Origin: a virus
Taxonomy: Duplodnaviria; Caudoviricetes
DNA length: 27,130 bases
Reading direction: 5' to 3' (one strand)
IMG/VR virus record: IMGVR_UViG_3300032274_000037
Span: 1 to 27,130 of that record
Shown here: in pieces, positions 25,358-27,130 of the stretch
How the letters are laid out: each line of letters starts with the position of its first letter
Numbering within the stretch: the stretch's first letter is position 1
The notes under the pieces: model-generated
What the model was told of the DNA's origin: nothing
Databases searched by the model: none
What the model saw: only the letters and a program-made list of their open reading frames with translations
Position numbers and translations under genes: made by a program

Positions 25358-26368
25358 ATGAGCAATAACGGAAAACCGACTGCTTTACAAACCGAAGGTG
25401 AATTAGCAACCTCAGCGTTTGAAAGTTTCTTAGCCCCTGAAGAGGATACGCAAGAAGAAGCAGTCATAGAGGAAGCTAAAGAGGTCATTGAGCCTGAGAT
25501 CGATGAATTAGAAGAGCAAGACGAGGAAGATACCGAAGAGCTTGTCGATGAAGAAGAACTCGAATTTGATGATGAAGAAGATGGTGAAGAAGAAACGGAA
25601 GTTGAAGAGGTAGAAGAGCAACCCGTCTACAGAGTCACAGTTGATGGCGAAGAGATAGAGGTCACGCAAGACGAACTCCTTAATGGTTATTCACGCCAAC
25701 AAGATTATACGCGGAAGACACAGGAACTTGCCAATCAAAGAAAAACGATTGAGCAACAAGCCCAAGAGCTTCAGCAAAGAGATGCGATTTACGCACAGTT
25801 GTTACCGAAGATGGAAGCCCAATTACAGGGCGAATTGGTAAACGAACCAGATTGGGATAGTTTATACAATGATGATCCGATAGCATTTGTACGCGAAAAA
25901 CAAATCTGGGATGAAAAGAAAGAAAAGTTAAAAGCTGCACAAGCTGAACAGCAAAGACTCCAACAGGAATCATATGCTCAACAGCAACAACTAATTGCAC
26001 AACAAGTGCAAGAAGGTCAGCAAAAGATTCTTGAAATCATACCAGAATGGAAAAATGCAGAAGTTGCTCAAAAAGAGAAACTAGCAATTCGCGACTATGG
26101 TATTAATGTCTTGGGGTATTTACCTCAAGAAATGGATGCAATTTATGACTATCGTGCTTTACTTGGTTTAAGAAATGCTTGGTTAAACTCTAAAACAGTT
26201 GAAGCCACGAAGAAGAAACCAACACAAAAAGCACCTGCAAGAGTAGCCCGACCTGGAACAACTACCAGAAAGAAATCGGTAGCTCCAGCGAAAAGAGCAA
26301 AACAGGTTTTAGCTAAATCTGGAAAAGTCCAAGATGCAGCTAAAGTTTTTGAACAATTTTTAAAATAA
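25358..26368 (+). CDS. Capsid scaffolding protein
   Basis: Acidic N-terminus, 'VTVDGEEIEVTQDELLNGYSRQQDYTRKTQELA', coiled coil, basic C-terminus; SD AGGAG; precedes the capsid gene. Confidence 0.9.
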   Translation: MSNNGKPTALQTEGELATSAFESFLAPEEDTQEEAVIEEAKEVIEPEIDELEEQDEEDTEELVDEEELEFDDEEDGEEETEVEEVEEQPVYRVTVDGEEIEVTQDELLNGYSRQQDYTRKTQELANQRKTIEQQAQELQQRDAIYAQLLPKMEAQLQGELVNEPDWDSLYNDDPIAFVREKQIWDEKKEKLKAAQAEQQRLQQESYAQQQQLIAQQVQEGQQKILEIIPEWKNAEVAQKEKLAIRDYGINVLGYLPQEMDAIYDYRALLGLRNAWLNSKTVEATKKKPTQKAPARVARPGTTTRKKSVAPAKRAKQVLAKSGKVQDAAKVFEQFLK

Positions 26369-26385
26369 TTTTATAGGTAAATATA

Positions 26386-27130
26386 ATGGCTAAAGTAACA
26401 AACGCATTTGATACATACAGCGCGACTTCAGACAGAGAAGATTTAAGTAATATCATTTACAACATCTCTCCAATGCAAACTCCGTTTATGTCATCAATTG
26501 GAAAAAGAAGTATTAACAATGTTGTCTTTGATTGGCAAACAGAAGTATTAGCAACTCCAGTTGCTACAGGTGAGCTAGAAGGTTTTGAACTTTCAAGATC
26601 AGCTTCAGTTGCAACAACCAGAGTTAGCAATGTTGCTATGATTTCAAAAAGAGATGCAACTGTATCAGGCTCACAAGAGTCTTCAGACCCTGCTGGTAAG
26701 AGATCAGAAATGGCTCATCAACTAGCTATCATGTCTAAAGCTCTTAAGAGAGATATGGAAGAAGCTCTTTGTCAAAAAGGCGCAAAAACAACTGGCGATG
26801 CATCAACTGCTCGTGTAACTGGTGGTTTCGAGTCTTGGATTACATCCAACGATTCAAGAGGATCTGGCGGTGCATCAACAGGTGGCGGTGCTGCTCCAAC
26901 TGACGGAACTCAAAGAGATCTAACAGAAACTTTGTTAAAAGATGTTCTACAACTTTGCTTTGAAAATGGTGGTGAACCATCATTAGCTATTTGTGGCCCA
27001 CATAACAAACAAGTTATTTCTGGTTTCACAGGTAGAACTCAAGCAAGACAAATGATCGATGCAAACACAGTTGAAGCATCAGTATCTATCTACTCATCTG
27101 ACTTTGGTGAACTGAAAATCGTTCCATCAA
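26386..27130 (+). CDS. Major capsid protein (DUF5309 / SU10-like), 3' truncated by the window edge
   Basis: Open frame from ATG 26386: MAKVTNAFDTYSATSDREDLSNIIYNISPMQTPFMSSIG...FDWQTE...LKRDMEEAL...YSSDFGELKIVPS. Confidence 0.92.
   Translation, partial: MAKVTNAFDTYSATSDREDLSNIIYNISPMQTPFMSSIGKRSINNVVFDWQTEVLATPVATGELEGFELSRSASVATTRVSNVAMISKRDATVSGSQESSDPAGKRSEMAHQLAIMSKALKRDMEEALCQKGAKTTGDASTARVTGGFESWITSNDSRGSGGASTGGGAAPTDGTQRDLTETLLKDVLQLCFENGGEPSLAICGPHNKQVISGFTGRTQARQMIDANTVEASVSIYSSDFGELKIVPS

Noticed and set aside
25430-25620. GAAGAA-rich low-complexity stretch as a repeat element
   Set aside because: Explained by the Glu/Asp-rich N-terminus of the scaffold protein.
1-27130. tRNA genes, introns/inteins, diversity-generating retroelement, stop-codon recoding
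   Set aside because: No cloverleaf noticed in the few intergenic gaps, no reverse transcriptase or template/variable repeat pair, terL and helicase are of normal length, and standard-code ORFs tile the window with all three stop codons in use. This was by eye; tRNAscan and Infernal were not run.

Overview
This window is about 27 kb of an AT-rich tailed dsDNA bacteriophage with a podovirus-like (P22/APSE-type) gene set, resembling uncultured marine phages. No host genes, integrase, DNA/RNA polymerase, tRNA or CRISPR array are visible. Order: end of the virion module (GNAT-like protein, three probable ejection proteins, the first with a peptidase S74 chaperone domain) and a stand-alone PD-(D/E)XK endonuclease; a short leftward pair (RHH-like, DUF3310); a rightward recombination/replication operon (HTH, DUF2800 exonuclease, Sak4-like ATPase, SSB-like protein, Toprim/AAA_25 primase-helicase, C5 methyltransferase, small ORFs, winged-HTH protein); a leftward operon of small early-type genes; then terS, terL, portal, tiny basic proteins, Holliday-junction-resolvase-like nuclease, holin and M15 endolysin, scaffold and the 5' part of the major capsid gene. 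The most interesting non-coding signals are (1) hairpins at 14128-14180 and 17924-18035 whose loops are anti-Shine-Dalgarno sequences complementary to the RBSs of this phage's own leftward genes, a candidate RNA-based translational shut-off; (2) four palindromic 19-bp units at 22-bp period plus an AT run and hairpin before the wHTH gene, a candidate iteron origin; (3) phased T-tracts between terS and terL, a candidate packaging site. Family names come from motif recognition only; no database search was run.
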